Shown: piece by piece, positions 18,795-28,139 of the stretch
Layout of the letters: each line of letters opens with the position of its first letter
Numbering within the stretch: position 1 is the stretch's first letter
DNA from: a virus
Lineage: Duplodnaviria > Heunggongvirae > Uroviricota > Caudoviricetes
Length of the DNA: 64,000 nucleotides
Direction: 5' to 3' (one strand)
IMG/VR virus record: IMGVR_UViG_3300028653_000011
Position numbers and translations under genes: made by a program
The notes under the pieces: model-generated
The model's database searches: none
The model's input: the letters and a program-made list of their open reading frames with translations, nothing else
Told to the model about the DNA's origin: nothing

Positions 18795-19010
18795 ATGAGT
18801 AAGCAACGCTTTGAAGAACAGGTCGGCATTGAGCTGACGCGCTGTGGCAAGGTGATGCCGCTCGGTGGCAACCTGTCACTGCGTGGTGCTGCAGGCGCGA
18901 CCGAGACGCGGTTGGGTTATGAGTGCAGCAAGTGCTTCCGTCGAGTTGCCGTCGTCAATTGCTGGCCTCCACCGGGCAACACTATCTACTTGAACGATGA
19001 GGAGCCGTGA
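18795..19010 (+). CDS. small Cys-containing (zinc-ribbon-like) protein
   Basis: C..C ... CSKCF ... C pattern. 71 aa. Confidence 0.4.
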   Translation: MSKQRFEEQVGIELTRCGKVMPLGGNLSLRGAAGATETRLGYECSKCFRRVAVVNCWPPPGNTIYLNDEEP

Positions 19011-19339
19011 TGACCGATCGCTTCACCTGGGACTCCGACGGCGTCCTCAACTATGCCTTCACCGGCGCGGCACTTGACGAACAATGGTCACGTGAATTGT
19101 CACAGATGCATCACTTGTCGTACGATGAGGGCGGTGCCGTCAAGTTCCTGAAGGCGCGCCTGGGCAGGCAGAAGTTCTGTTGGCAGGGGTCATCTGTTCG
19201 CAATTGGGTCTGGGAGGGCGACGATTGGCGTGCCTTCGCCTCGACCCGCGGCGTCTCGTTCGAGGTACGCACGGGCTCGACGGTTGAACAGGCCTTCGCT
19301 GCGTGGCAGGACTTCAAGCGAAAGGTGGGACTAACATGA
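19007..19339 (+). CDS. hypothetical protein
   Basis: ATGA-coupled. 110 aa. Confidence 0.45.
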   Translation: MMTDRFTWDSDGVLNYAFTGAALDEQWSRELSQMHHLSYDEGGAVKFLKARLGRQKFCWQGSSVRNWVWEGDDWRAFASTRGVSFEVRTGSTVEQAFAAWQDFKRKVGLT

Positions 19340-19587
19340 TTCACTATAGGTCAGGTGACGTACCCATGGTCGGCGATCGGGTGATGATTTCGCCCGAGTC
19401 GCCACGCGTTCGAACAGGACGAAGGGCAGCAAAGAGCGAAGGCACCGTAACACAATTGGGTTGTGACTTGTGTGATCCGATGCCAGACTTAGTCTTCGTC
19501 GATTGGGACGATGAGATTGGGTCGACAATGCCGACAAGCGACACCATGTTGAGTGATCTGATTCTAGTGAAGAGAGGTTCAACATGA
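19336..19587 (+). CDS. small hypothetical protein
   Basis: ATGA-coupled at both ends. MIHYRSGDVPMVGDRVMI... weakly PGD-family-like. Confidence 0.35.
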   Translation: MIHYRSGDVPMVGDRVMISPESPRVRTGRRAAKSEGTVTQLGCDLCDPMPDLVFVDWDDEIGSTMPTSDTMLSDLILVKRGST

Positions 19588-20420
19588 GCATCCTCGTTCT
19601 CGACGGCGCAAATTTGCTACACCGCGCCCGCAGTGGCTTTCAATTGGGTGACTTCGCAACCGTCTACAACTTCTTCCGCCAGCTACGCCCGTTGGTCGAC
19701 CAATTCAAACCTACGAGGGTCTATATGACACTCGAGGGGGCACCCAAGCGGCAACTGGCGCTGCTCCCGGAGTACAAGGCCCACCGCATCATCGACGTCA
19801 CCACTGACGAGGGTGCCAAGAAGCAGGCGTCACTCGTCGACTTTCGCCGGCAGTCTGCGCTGATCGTTGAGCTGGTGTCCGCACACTTTCCCATCAGCGT
19901 CATCCGTCATCCCGATTTTGAGGGGGACGACGTGATCATGTCTATCGTGAACCGTTCGTCGTCAAGTGCTGAGTTCATCATTGTGTCGACCGACAGCGAC
20001 TTCACACAGATGTTGCAGAATGGCGTCGGCAACGTGCGCCTCTACAACCCGGTGACCAAGAAGTTCGTCGAGGCACCCGTCGATTATTCTTACGTGCTGT
20101 GGAAAGCACTACGAGGCGATGGCTGTGACAACATCCCGGCACTGGTCACTGAAGCGAAGGCACTGGAGCTGGTTCATGATCCTGAGTCGCTTGAGGGAAT
20201 GCGCCTGATGCCGGCCTTCGCCGAACAGTTCGAGCGCAACTATAAGCTCATCGCCTTGTGCACGTTGACGGATGCCGAGGCGATGCAGACGCAGTCGTCT
20301 GCGCCCACCCGCGACTGGGACGCGGTGAAGGCCAAGTTTGATGAGTGGGCCTTCAAGTCGCTGACCAAGGACGGCACCTGGGACAAATTTGTGGCGACGT
20401 TTGAACCCCTGTGGGGGTGA
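19584..20420 (+). CDS. 5'-3' exonuclease / flap endonuclease (T4 RNase H, T5 D15 family)
   Basis: PIN/FEN motifs LVLDGANLLHRA, FEGDDVIMSIV, IIVSTDSDFTQML, KALRGDGCDNIPAL. Confidence 0.85.
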   Translation: MSILVLDGANLLHRARSGFQLGDFATVYNFFRQLRPLVDQFKPTRVYMTLEGAPKRQLALLPEYKAHRIIDVTTDEGAKKQASLVDFRRQSALIVELVSAHFPISVIRHPDFEGDDVIMSIVNRSSSSAEFIIVSTDSDFTQMLQNGVGNVRLYNPVTKKFVEAPVDYSYVLWKALRGDGCDNIPALVTEAKALELVHDPESLEGMRLMPAFAEQFERNYKLIALCTLTDAEAMQTQSSAPTRDWDAVKAKFDEWAFKSLTKDGTWDKFVATFEPLWG

Positions 20421-20453
20421 CGTCGAGCCCACCTACCCTCAACGGAGTGGACG

Positions 20454-20669
20454 ATGCGACAGTGGCAGCGTGCGATCGGCTGGTTATGGGCAGCGCCGTT
20501 GACGGCGTGTGGCCTGCTCTACGTCAACCTCTTCACCCTGTTGGGTTGGTACCGGCGCCAACAGAAGGTCATCGTCGACACCCTCTGGGTTGATACTTAT
20601 GAGGATGCGATTAAAACTCGGTACGTTGAAACGACTCATCAGGGAGGCTTCGATGGCATCTGCTGTTGA
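20454..20669 (+). CDS. small membrane protein; N-terminal TM helix paralogous to 21015
   Basis: WAAPLTACGLLYVNLFTLLGWYR shared at nucleotide and protein level with 21015. Possibly a truncated duplicate. Confidence 0.35.
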   Translation: MRQWQRAIGWLWAAPLTACGLLYVNLFTLLGWYRRQQKVIVDTLWVDTYEDAIKTRYVETTHQGGFDGICC

Positions 20670-20958
20670 TCTGTTGTCACAATGGGCAAAGAGATACGAT
20701 TTCGAACCTTCTTCGGGAAAAGAGTGTGAACGCTATCTCGAAGACATGGCAGAAACAGAAATTCCCAAAGTTTGTTTTTATGACAACAATAGCACAGTTC
20801 ATGAACCACCGATTGCTTGGGTTGCAGCTGATGATCGGATCATGATCGTCAGCGACGGAAGTGGTCCCACGGGCGTATTCTGTCGCGAAGTTTCGAAAGA
20901 CGAACTTGAAGCGGCACTTCAACCTGACGCGGCGCCAACTGACATCACTCCGGAGTGA
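20599..20958 (+). CDS. leader-family hypothetical protein
   Basis: Internal ATG of track ORF 20509-20958. N-terminal MRMRLKLGTLKRLIREAS. Confidence 0.4.
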   Translation: MRMRLKLGTLKRLIREASMASAVDLLSQWAKRYDFEPSSGKECERYLEDMAETEIPKVCFYDNNSTVHEPPIAWVAADDRIMIVSDGSGPTGVFCREVSKDELEAALQPDAAPTDITPE

Positions 20959-21014
20959 TGGACACGTTTACTTCTGACCTCTGACGCGCTCGGCGGGCCT
21001 ACATATCGCAGGAG

Positions 21015-21509
21015 GTGTGTCCCATGTCCAAGGTCACGCAAGTAGCGGGCTACGTTTGGGCAGCACCGTTGACGCTGCTCGGTCTCATCTACGTCAACCT
21101 CTTCACCTTGTTGGGCTGGTACCGGCACCTGGGCACCTTCGGCGATGCACTGGCTTGGGAACCCAAACCGCACTGTTTGCCGCCGTGGTTGGCACGCCAC
21201 TGGCACCTACGAGCGGGCCAATCACTGGGTAACGTCGCTGTCCTCAATGTCAACCTCGCCACCCACACGGGTCAATTGGCACTGCACCACGAGCAGGACT
21301 GCATCAGGCAGGCGATGACGTTGGGCCCGCTGTACCCGGTCGCCTATGCCGTAGTGTGGGCAGCGATGAAGGCGGCGTGCCCGCGGTCGAACCCCCACTT
21401 CTCGCACCCGTTCGCCGTCGAGGCACGTCGAGCCGCGGGTCAGCTCATTGACGTTGAGGGTGCCTACGAGAAGCTACGGGCACACCATCACCCCGCGAAA
21501 GGCGACTGA
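21015..21509 (+). CDS. hypothetical protein with N-terminal TM helix
   Basis: WAAPLTLLGLIYVNLFTLLGWYRH. 164 aa. Confidence 0.5.
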   Translation: MCPMSKVTQVAGYVWAAPLTLLGLIYVNLFTLLGWYRHLGTFGDALAWEPKPHCLPPWLARHWHLRAGQSLGNVAVLNVNLATHTGQLALHHEQDCIRQAMTLGPLYPVAYAVVWAAMKAACPRSNPHFSHPFAVEARRAAGQLIDVEGAYEKLRAHHHPAKGD

Positions 21510-21556
21510 TCGGCCTATTTCGGCCTGAGGTCTTCAGACTGAGGGTATTTAGCGGC

Positions 21557-21808
21557 ATGGCCCGCATTGCCCTGACACCTGACCGCCTCAAGCACATCAT
21601 CAAGGAAGAGCTCGCACAGGCCCCCGTCGCAGGCGCGGGCATCGGCAAGCTACTGAGCGATCTCGTCGGCACCTTCGAGGCCAAGCTGAGCCAACAGTAC
21701 CCGGGTGACGTCGTCAAGCGCGAGGCCGCTGATCTCAAGACGCAGATCGAGGCGTTGCTCCGTGCCGCGGTGACCAAGGTCAAAACCGCACAGGGGAAGG
21801 CGTCGTGA
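21557..21808 (+). CDS. leader-family small protein
   Basis: MARIALTPDRLKHIIKEELAQA. 83 aa. Confidence 0.5.
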   Translation: MARIALTPDRLKHIIKEELAQAPVAGAGIGKLLSDLVGTFEAKLSQQYPGDVVKREAADLKTQIEALLRAAVTKVKTAQGKAS

Positions 21809-22395
21809 GGACGTCAGCTGCAGGCATACAATTTATAACGCATGAAGAAGGCGTCGTGCTCCACACTTACAATGATGTCGGTGGGAAAGCAACGATCGGA
21901 ATTGGCCACCTGCTCGGCCCGGGTGAGTCGTATCCCAACGGCATCACCCTTGCACAGGCACAGGCCATGCTCGCGAACGACCTTGCCCGGTTCGAGGCCG
22001 CCATCAGCGGCGGCGTCAAGGTGACGATCACCCAACACATGTTCGACGCGCTCGCCAGCTTTACGTACAACCTGGGCACCGGCGCACTCGCCTCCTCTAC
22101 ACTCCTCAAGCTCCTCAACAAGGGTGACTTCGCCGGTGCGGCCGCCCAATTTCCGGCCTGGGACAAGGTCGACGGCGTGCCCAATGCCGAGATCCTCGGC
22201 CGGCGCAAGCGTGAAGCTGCACTGTTCTTGACCCCCGATGCGGCCCACGTCGCTCCCCCGCCCGCGCCGCCTGTTCCCACCCCTCCCGTGCCGCCGAGTA
22301 TTCCTGCGGTCCCCGTGGCGCCTCCACCCGCGCCCACCAATGCATTCGCCGACTTCTTTGCGATGATCTTGAGACTGTTCACCGGAGGCAAGTGA
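21805..22395 (+). CDS. T4-type lysozyme (GH24 endolysin) with Pro-rich linker and C-terminal amphipathic helix
   Basis: EEG...D...TIGIGHLL catalytic region collinear with T4 lysozyme. C-terminus APPPAPPVPTPPVPP...AFADFFAMILRLFTGGK. Confidence 0.85.
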   Translation: MRTSAAGIQFITHEEGVVLHTYNDVGGKATIGIGHLLGPGESYPNGITLAQAQAMLANDLARFEAAISGGVKVTITQHMFDALASFTYNLGTGALASSTLLKLLNKGDFAGAAAQFPAWDKVDGVPNAEILGRRKREAALFLTPDAAHVAPPPAPPVPTPPVPPSIPAVPVAPPPAPTNAFADFFAMILRLFTGGK

Positions 22396-23255
22396 TGACG
22401 CAGACATACCGCAAGACGTGGCGACCTGATAGCACCCAACCACTGCCCGCAGGCCAAGCCGCATTCCACGACCTGCCACTCGGGGCGGCTAACCTCGCCT
22501 CGGTGCTGGCGGCGGGCGCTGCTGTGCCCAATCAGATCGTGGAACAGGGTGGCATCCTCGACCTCAGGCCCCTGTGCCCACCAATTGACAACCAGTACCA
22601 AGTGTCCGACTGCGTTGCCGATGCCACGTGTTCGGCGTTGGAGTTCTGTCAGATCCGCAATGGCCTGCCCTTCGTCAAGCTGTCACGCCTGTTCATGTAC
22701 TACAACGCTCGATTGCAGACGCAGGACACCGCCAACGATGCAGGCACCTACATCAGGTTGGCCTTTAGCACTCTCGCGTCGCTGGGCACCTGTCCTGAGT
22801 CCACGTGGGCCTATGACACCTCAATGATCTTCACCCGCCCGTCGTGGGAGAGCTACCGCGAGGCGTATCCCAACAAGGTCACCAACTTCTACTCGATCAG
22901 CCAGCTGTTGATCGCGGCGAACAACATCATCAATCCCAATTCGTTGACGGCCTCCATCAAGCAAGCACTGCAGGCGATCCACCCGGTCGTCTTCGGCATG
23001 ACCGTTGATGAAGGTTACGACAACACGGGTCGCGACGGCATGGTGGCGATGCCGGCATCGAAGCGCATCAGTCCCGGTGGCCACGCACAGATGATCTGTG
23101 GCTACAACGACAACCTACAGCGATGGATCGTCAAGAACAGCTGGGGCACTGGTTGGGGCGACGGGGGATACTGCTACGTGCCCTATGCCTACTTGGGTGC
23201 GTCCGGCGTCGACGACATCTGGGTGCCGACGCTGGCACCGGGCCAGCGGGCGTGA
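22392..23255 (+). CDS. papain-like cysteine peptidase (C1 family)
   Basis: GGHAQMICGY (His motif) and NSWGTGWGDGGYCYV (Asn-Ser-Trp motif), plus an upstream QxxxxDC region. Confidence 0.85.
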   Translation: MMTQTYRKTWRPDSTQPLPAGQAAFHDLPLGAANLASVLAAGAAVPNQIVEQGGILDLRPLCPPIDNQYQVSDCVADATCSALEFCQIRNGLPFVKLSRLFMYYNARLQTQDTANDAGTYIRLAFSTLASLGTCPESTWAYDTSMIFTRPSWESYREAYPNKVTNFYSISQLLIAANNIINPNSLTASIKQALQAIHPVVFGMTVDEGYDNTGRDGMVAMPASKRISPGGHAQMICGYNDNLQRWIVKNSWGTGWGDGGYCYVPYAYLGASGVDDIWVPTLAPGQRA

Positions 23256-23587
23256 CACACCTGCTGCGCACCTTCATCCACGAGGCATTGCTCCACGAGC
23301 TGCGCCGTGACCACAAGTTCATCACCCACCTGCGGACTTCTGGGTTGGGCGAGCCCGGGTCGAAGGAAGGCTTTGAAGCGCGACGACTGGCGGATGATTG
23401 GCTGCGCGACGTGGAATTAGAGCTGGGTCGGCCCCTGCGACCCGCTATCAAGGCAGGCGTCCGCAAGTTCGTCGAGCGGCGGTGGGCAGGCCTCCGCGCA
23501 CGTTTCAAGGGCGATGAACAGGCGGCGCAACAAACGCTTTCCAACTTGCTCAATACCAAGTACGTTGACCTGAGGACGGGAGACTAA
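23252..23587 (+). CDS. leader-family small protein (GTG start overlapping upstream stop)
   Basis: GTGA overlap. N-terminal (M)THLLRTFIHEALLHELRR. Confidence 0.45.
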   Translation: MTHLLRTFIHEALLHELRRDHKFITHLRTSGLGEPGSKEGFEARRLADDWLRDVELELGRPLRPAIKAGVRKFVERRWAGLRARFKGDEQAAQQTLSNLLNTKYVDLRTGD

Positions 23588-23588
23588 G

Positions 23589-24089
23589 ATGGGCATCAAG
23601 ATCTTGCGACACTACACTAGCAGTGCACGGCCTCTCATACAGATCGCGGCGTGGGCAGCCGTCGCCGGCACGGTGACGCTGGCACTGGCCACGTGCACGT
23701 CGTGTCACAGCACCGGGGTGCTCATCGTGCCCACCAACCCGCCGACCATCACCGATCAATCGGCATGTGCACAGGCGTGTGGCAACCTCGTGGCACTGGG
23801 TTGCGTGGAAGGCACGCCCATCGACACTCACCAGACGTGTAAGGTCGACGCCGACTGCTTGGGAGTGACAGGCGTCCACGATGAATATCAGACGTGCTCC
23901 GTCGCCTTCACCTGCATGGTCACCTGCGTCAACTTCTGCACCGCGACGGAGAACACCGGCGTGTGGCTCGACCCCACGTGTGCGGCCAAGATCACTTCGT
24001 GTGACCAACTGAGCACCTGTCCGGGCCCACAGACGGCGGGCACCAGCTGCACCGGCCCGGGCTGCAAGGTGGCGCCGAGTGGCAAGTGA
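23589..24089 (+). CDS. Cys-rich lipoprotein
   Basis: Signal peptide plus lipobox (LALATC). More than 20 Cys in 166 aa. Confidence 0.55.
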   Translation: MGIKILRHYTSSARPLIQIAAWAAVAGTVTLALATCTSCHSTGVLIVPTNPPTITDQSACAQACGNLVALGCVEGTPIDTHQTCKVDADCLGVTGVHDEYQTCSVAFTCMVTCVNFCTATENTGVWLDPTCAAKITSCDQLSTCPGPQTAGTSCTGPGCKVAPSGK

Positions 24090-24651
24090 CCGTGACCTGT
24101 TGCGGCAATTGATCCGCGAAGTTCTCACCGACTTCAACACCAAGACGCTCGGCAAGGACGGCGTTGCGGGCAACGTCTTCAACACGGGCCTGACGACGGG
24201 CGGTGCGGGTGTGTTGAAGCAGAACGGCAACATCCTCGATGATGAGGATGCCGACGAACAGCACGACGAACAGAGCACACAGCGGGCGGCGTGCTGTTTA
24301 ATCGTGGGCCACGATGGGACAGTGCTGTGCGTGTCACGGAAGGATGATCCCACCGCTTGGGGCATGCCGGGAGGGAAGGTTGATCCCGGCGAAGACGACG
24401 AGACTGCTGCGGGTCGAGAGTTGACGGAAGAAGTGGGCCTGACAGCGACGGCGCTGCACCCGGTCTTCACTATGCGCGACAGGCAGGGGTTCACAACGAC
24501 AACATTTGCCTGTGAAGTTGACGGCCAGATCAACACCAGCGAATCGGGCGTCATCAGGTGGGTGCACCCGAGCCTGTTGTGCAATGATGCCCACTCGCCG
24601 TTCGCTGCGTATAATCGGGCCCTGTTTGCCGAGCTGGGAGTGAAAACTTGA
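24079..24651 (+). CDS. NUDIX hydrolase with leader-family N-terminus
   Basis: Nudix box GGKVDPGEDDETAAGRELTEEVGL. N-terminal MASDRDLLRQLIREVL. Confidence 0.8.
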   Translation: MASDRDLLRQLIREVLTDFNTKTLGKDGVAGNVFNTGLTTGGAGVLKQNGNILDDEDADEQHDEQSTQRAACCLIVGHDGTVLCVSRKDDPTAWGMPGGKVDPGEDDETAAGRELTEEVGLTATALHPVFTMRDRQGFTTTTFACEVDGQINTSESGVIRWVHPSLLCNDAHSPFAAYNRALFAELGVKT

Positions 24652-24693
24652 ACTGACTTGGGGTAGGATCAGATCTAAGAGGGTCGTCGCTCC

Positions 24694-25452
24694 ATGAAGT
24701 CGATTGTACTGGCAACGTCACTGGCGCTGATCACGGTGGGTTGTGGTGGCACTGCTTCTCCGGGTGGGAGCGCAGCGCTGTGCGTTCACGACGTCAACCG
24801 AGCAACTCCCAACGGTTGGTTGTTGAAGTCGCCTGTCGTGCGCTTCGACTTCTGGGGTTCGTACTGGCAACAATTGCAACCCGCCGACGTGGGCAGCGAC
24901 GAGGCACCCACCGTCGACGGTGCACAGGATGAGCTGAACACTTGGGATAGGCTGCTCAACCAGGGACCCATCAACGTGTTGCAGAGGCTGACCGAGTACG
25001 GCATCGGTGCACCCATTATGTCTGACGTCATGGTCATCGACAACGTCAACGTCGTCAACTCCTTCGTCGATGCCACCGTCGGCGATGAACTCAATGCCGA
25101 GATCCAACGTGGCGACATCGCTGCACCCTCCGTTGACGGCGAGACGCTGTACGTCGTGGTGTTGCCGCCCAACGTGCTGTCGGCATACATGATCGCACAA
25201 GGCGCCGGCGGTTACCATTCCTGGGCCACCTACGGCACCACCAAGTATGCCTTCGCCATCGTCAAATTCCGTGATGACATAGCCCTTTCACACGAGATCT
25301 ATGAGGCGGTGACTGATCCGGGCGACGGCTCGGGTTACATTGAACGCAACAGCGGGAAAGAAATCGGTGACTTCTGCGAGCAATCGAGCGAGATCATCAA
25401 TGGCTACAACGTCCAGAAGGTGTGGTCACAGGCCGCGTGTCAGTGTGAATGA
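24694..25452 (+). CDS. lipoprotein of unknown function
   Basis: Signal peptide plus lipobox (LALITVGC). 252 aa. Confidence 0.55.
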   Translation: MKSIVLATSLALITVGCGGTASPGGSAALCVHDVNRATPNGWLLKSPVVRFDFWGSYWQQLQPADVGSDEAPTVDGAQDELNTWDRLLNQGPINVLQRLTEYGIGAPIMSDVMVIDNVNVVNSFVDATVGDELNAEIQRGDIAAPSVDGETLYVVVLPPNVLSAYMIAQGAGGYHSWATYGTTKYAFAIVKFRDDIALSHEIYEAVTDPGDGSGYIERNSGKEIGDFCEQSSEIINGYNVQKVWSQAACQCE

Positions 25453-25667
25453 GGAGAAATGTGATGAGCGTCAAAGAAGACTACAGTACTGAACACATGT
25501 TGCAACAGGCGGAAGATGACGGCATCGCGGTGACGAGTGTCACTGACCGTCACATGTTCATCTTCACCAAGCGCCACGTTGAAGGCCTATTGAAGACGAT
25601 GGCCGACTCGGGCAACGATAAGTGTATGGTCTTCGTCAAGCGCCCCGTCGCTGGCAACGGCAACTGA
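25449..25667 (+). CDS. small hypothetical protein
   Basis: ATGA-coupled. 72 aa. Confidence 0.35.
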   Translation: MRRNVMSVKEDYSTEHMLQQAEDDGIAVTSVTDRHMFIFTKRHVEGLLKTMADSGNDKCMVFVKRPVAGNGN

Positions 25668-25668
25668 C

Positions 25669-26139
25669 GTGAACATCTTCGTCGTCGATGAAGATCCAAT
25701 TCTGGCCGCGCGCGACCTGTGCAACAAACACGTGGTCAAAATGTTGCTGGAGAGCGCTCAACTGCTAGTCACCGCTTTCCCACCCGGGACTACGCGCTAC
25801 AAGCACACGCACGTCAATCACCCGTGTGCCAAGTGGGTGCGCGCATCATTGTCGAACTATGAGTGGCTGTTGAAGCACGCTTGTGAGCTCTGCAATGAAT
25901 ACACGCGGCGTTACGGCAAAGTTCACAAGACCGAGGAAGTGATCGCTTCGCTCGAAGAAGCTCCCACGCTCGATGATGTCGGGTTGACGTCCTTCGTGCA
26001 GGCAATGCCCGACAAGTACAAGGGACCCAATGCAGTCGCGGCATACCGCGCCTATTACGTCGGTGACAAGGCACGCTTTGCCAAGTGGGCACCTCGTGCT
26101 GTGCCTCCTACGTGGTGGCCTCATGAGGAGACACCGTGA
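25669..26139 (+). CDS. hypothetical protein
   Basis: 156 aa with a conserved-looking HTHVNHPCAKW...CELC region. No confident family. Confidence 0.5.
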   Translation: MNIFVVDEDPILAARDLCNKHVVKMLLESAQLLVTAFPPGTTRYKHTHVNHPCAKWVRASLSNYEWLLKHACELCNEYTRRYGKVHKTEEVIASLEEAPTLDDVGLTSFVQAMPDKYKGPNAVAAYRAYYVGDKARFAKWAPRAVPPTWWPHEETP

Positions 26140-26318
26140 AAAATACGGGCTTCTTTCTCCGCTTTCTTCGTGGGTTCACGTGCAAACACGAGTGGGGCAA
26201 CGTCGTCGAAATCGTTCACGACGAAGGTGACCTCATTCGCGACTGGCTCGGTTCGAGCTACACCAGACACACGTACATCTGCAATCAGTGTGGCAAGGAA
26301 AAGACATGGACACGTTGA
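26136..26318 (+). CDS. small Cys/His protein
   Basis: GTGA-coupled. CKHEW...CNQCGKE. Confidence 0.35.
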   Translation: MKNTGFFLRFLRGFTCKHEWGNVVEIVHDEGDLIRDWLGSSYTRHTYICNQCGKEKTWTR

Positions 26319-27370
26319 CGAAAGAGCCTGGTTTCACCCGTTCACTGCGGGAAGAGTTGGTGCAGGTGTCGCCCGACTTTCAGGTTCGGGTGCACCGGCC
26401 GGGGGCGTTGTCCGACGCTGAGTTGATGGCACTGACGATGCGGCACGATGCTGACCCGGCGATGTATCACCCGGAGCCCGTTAATGCCAGTGGAGTATCG
26501 ATCCTGGGCGACGTCACCCCTGCCGACGAGGCGATGGGCATGAGCGCGATCAAACGCGGTGAAGTTGCCATGGTGGTACTGGCGGGCCGGGCCCCCAAGT
26601 TGCTTGCCAAGATCCCGGGCGTTGACACCAGCATGCTGGCGTGGAAGCTGATGCAGGGCGGCGACATGCCCGTGTGGATCATGGTGGCGCCTGACCAATT
26701 GGCGCCGGCGGAGCACCACATCAAGCAATTGGTGCTGTCACCCAACCTCAGGGGCACCCTCTTCACGCAGTTCGAGGGGTACCGCCTGACACCCGACAAT
26801 AGGATGGCATGGGTGGCACCGGGGGTGCCCGACTTGGGCCCGTTGGGCAACGGTGACCTGGGCCCGGCACTGCACGAGGCAGGCATCCTCGCCGAACACC
26901 CCAACGTCAAGTGGGTCTTCATCTGCAACGTCGACAACGTCATGGCGTCGCCGCACGAGGGCCTCATCGGCCTTCACATCAGGCACCGGGCACCCATCAC
27001 CTGTGAGGTCGTCGACCTGCACCCGGACGATCGGGGCGGCGTGCTGGCTCGCGTCGAGGGTTATCGTCAGCTCGCCGAGGATTGGCGGTTACCGTCAGGT
27101 TTTGCGAAGCCGGGCATGTTCTATAGCACTAACACCATGCTCGTCAACGTCGAGGTGTTGCAGACCCACTTTGCATGGCGCTGGCACCGCATCCGGCGGG
27201 AAGTGGGCAATCGACTGGTGGTGCAGCACGAGCGCTTGCTCCAGCAGTACACCGAGGAATTCGGTGCCGTCTACGTGCGGGTACCGAGGGACATGCGGTA
27301 CGTGTCGGCCAAGACGACGGCGGGTCTCGAAGAAGCGGGTAAGGCAATCCTACGAACGAGGCACCCATGA
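26306..27370 (+). CDS. UDP-sugar pyrophosphorylase-like nucleotidyltransferase (UDPGP family)
   Basis: GPLGNGDLGPAL resembles the UAP1 PDGNGGLYRAL motif. The ~350-aa architecture fits. AAGGAAAAG SD before the ATG at 26306. Confidence 0.6.
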   Translation: MDTLTKEPGFTRSLREELVQVSPDFQVRVHRPGALSDAELMALTMRHDADPAMYHPEPVNASGVSILGDVTPADEAMGMSAIKRGEVAMVVLAGRAPKLLAKIPGVDTSMLAWKLMQGGDMPVWIMVAPDQLAPAEHHIKQLVLSPNLRGTLFTQFEGYRLTPDNRMAWVAPGVPDLGPLGNGDLGPALHEAGILAEHPNVKWVFICNVDNVMASPHEGLIGLHIRHRAPITCEVVDLHPDDRGGVLARVEGYRQLAEDWRLPSGFAKPGMFYSTNTMLVNVEVLQTHFAWRWHRIRREVGNRLVVQHERLLQQYTEEFGAVYVRVPRDMRYVSAKTTAGLEEAGKAILRTRHP

Positions 27371-27723
27371 TCCTCTCACTCGTCGCTGTCGTGGCGGCAT
27401 CGGCATTCGGTTCTGTCGTCATCATCACCAAGTCGGCGCTGGCATTCGCCAACGTCTTCGACAAGCGCGAGCGTGAAGACGACAGTGGCGTGAAGCTGTA
27501 CCCATTCGAGCACGTGGTCAATGGAAAAACTCGCTGTGTAGTGTGTGGTTACTACGCTAGTAATGCCACTAGTGGCAATCCTGCATTGGGACCAGGGGCA
27601 CCGCGTGCGTGCGAGGATGATACTTGCAGTGCTCGGTGGGATGACATCGCTCACCTTCACATGACGTGTCGTTCGTGCCGCAGCGCGTGGTTGATGAGGA
27701 CGGCACCGGCTGACCTCACGTGA
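27367..27723 (+). CDS. membrane-anchored Cys-rich protein
   Basis: N-terminal TM (ILSLVAVVAASAFGSVVII), CVVCGYY...CRSCRSAW. ATGA-coupled. Confidence 0.45.
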   Translation: MILSLVAVVAASAFGSVVIITKSALAFANVFDKREREDDSGVKLYPFEHVVNGKTRCVVCGYYASNATSGNPALGPGAPRACEDDTCSARWDDIAHLHMTCRSCRSAWLMRTAPADLT

Positions 27724-28139
27724 GGATACCACCCGTTTCACCCTACGGCCTCATTCAGGAGACGCTGTGGCCCGACGAATGGTTGATCCTCGTCACCGGC
27801 ACCATGCTCAATTGCACCACGCGCAAGCAGGTTGAACGGGTGCTGCCCGACTTTCGTTGTCGGTGGCCCACCCCTCAGGTCTTTGTCACCGCCTCATACG
27901 ACGACGTCTTTGAGTTGATCAAGCCACTGGGTTTCGGCAACAGGCGCACGGGCAACCTGTTGAAGATGACGCGTGCCTACCTGATGACCGACTGGCACCA
28001 CGCCCGTGAACTGCCCGGCGTCGGCGAGTACGGTGCACGCAGTTGGGAGATCTTCTGCTTGGGCGTGTTGGGCACGACGCCACCGAAGGATCATGCCTTG
28101 CTACAGTATTGGGACTGGGCGGTGACCTTACCGAGCTGA
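27720..28139 (+). CDS. HhH-GPD DNA glycosylase, MBD4 glycosylase-domain-like
   Basis: WLILVTGTMLNCTTRKQV ... LPGVGEYGARSWEIFC ... PKDHALLQYWDW parallels the MBD4 catalytic domain (LLIATIFLNRT ... LHGIGKYGNDSYRIFC ... PEDHKLNKYHDW). Confidence 0.6.
   Translation: MRIPPVSPYGLIQETLWPDEWLILVTGTMLNCTTRKQVERVLPDFRCRWPTPQVFVTASYDDVFELIKPLGFGNRRTGNLLKMTRAYLMTDWHHARELPGVGEYGARSWEIFCLGVLGTTPPKDHALLQYWDWAVTLPS

Noticed and set aside
23550-24584. Long minus-strand ORFs opposite confident genes (e.g. 23550-24584, 11338-11991, 1360-1800, 12533-13048, 21814-22601)
   Set aside because: These are typical shadow ORFs of GC-rich DNA. They are antisense to genes with clear homology or signal peptides, carry Arg/Ala/Pro-rich low-complexity translations, and lack start-context or operon coupling.
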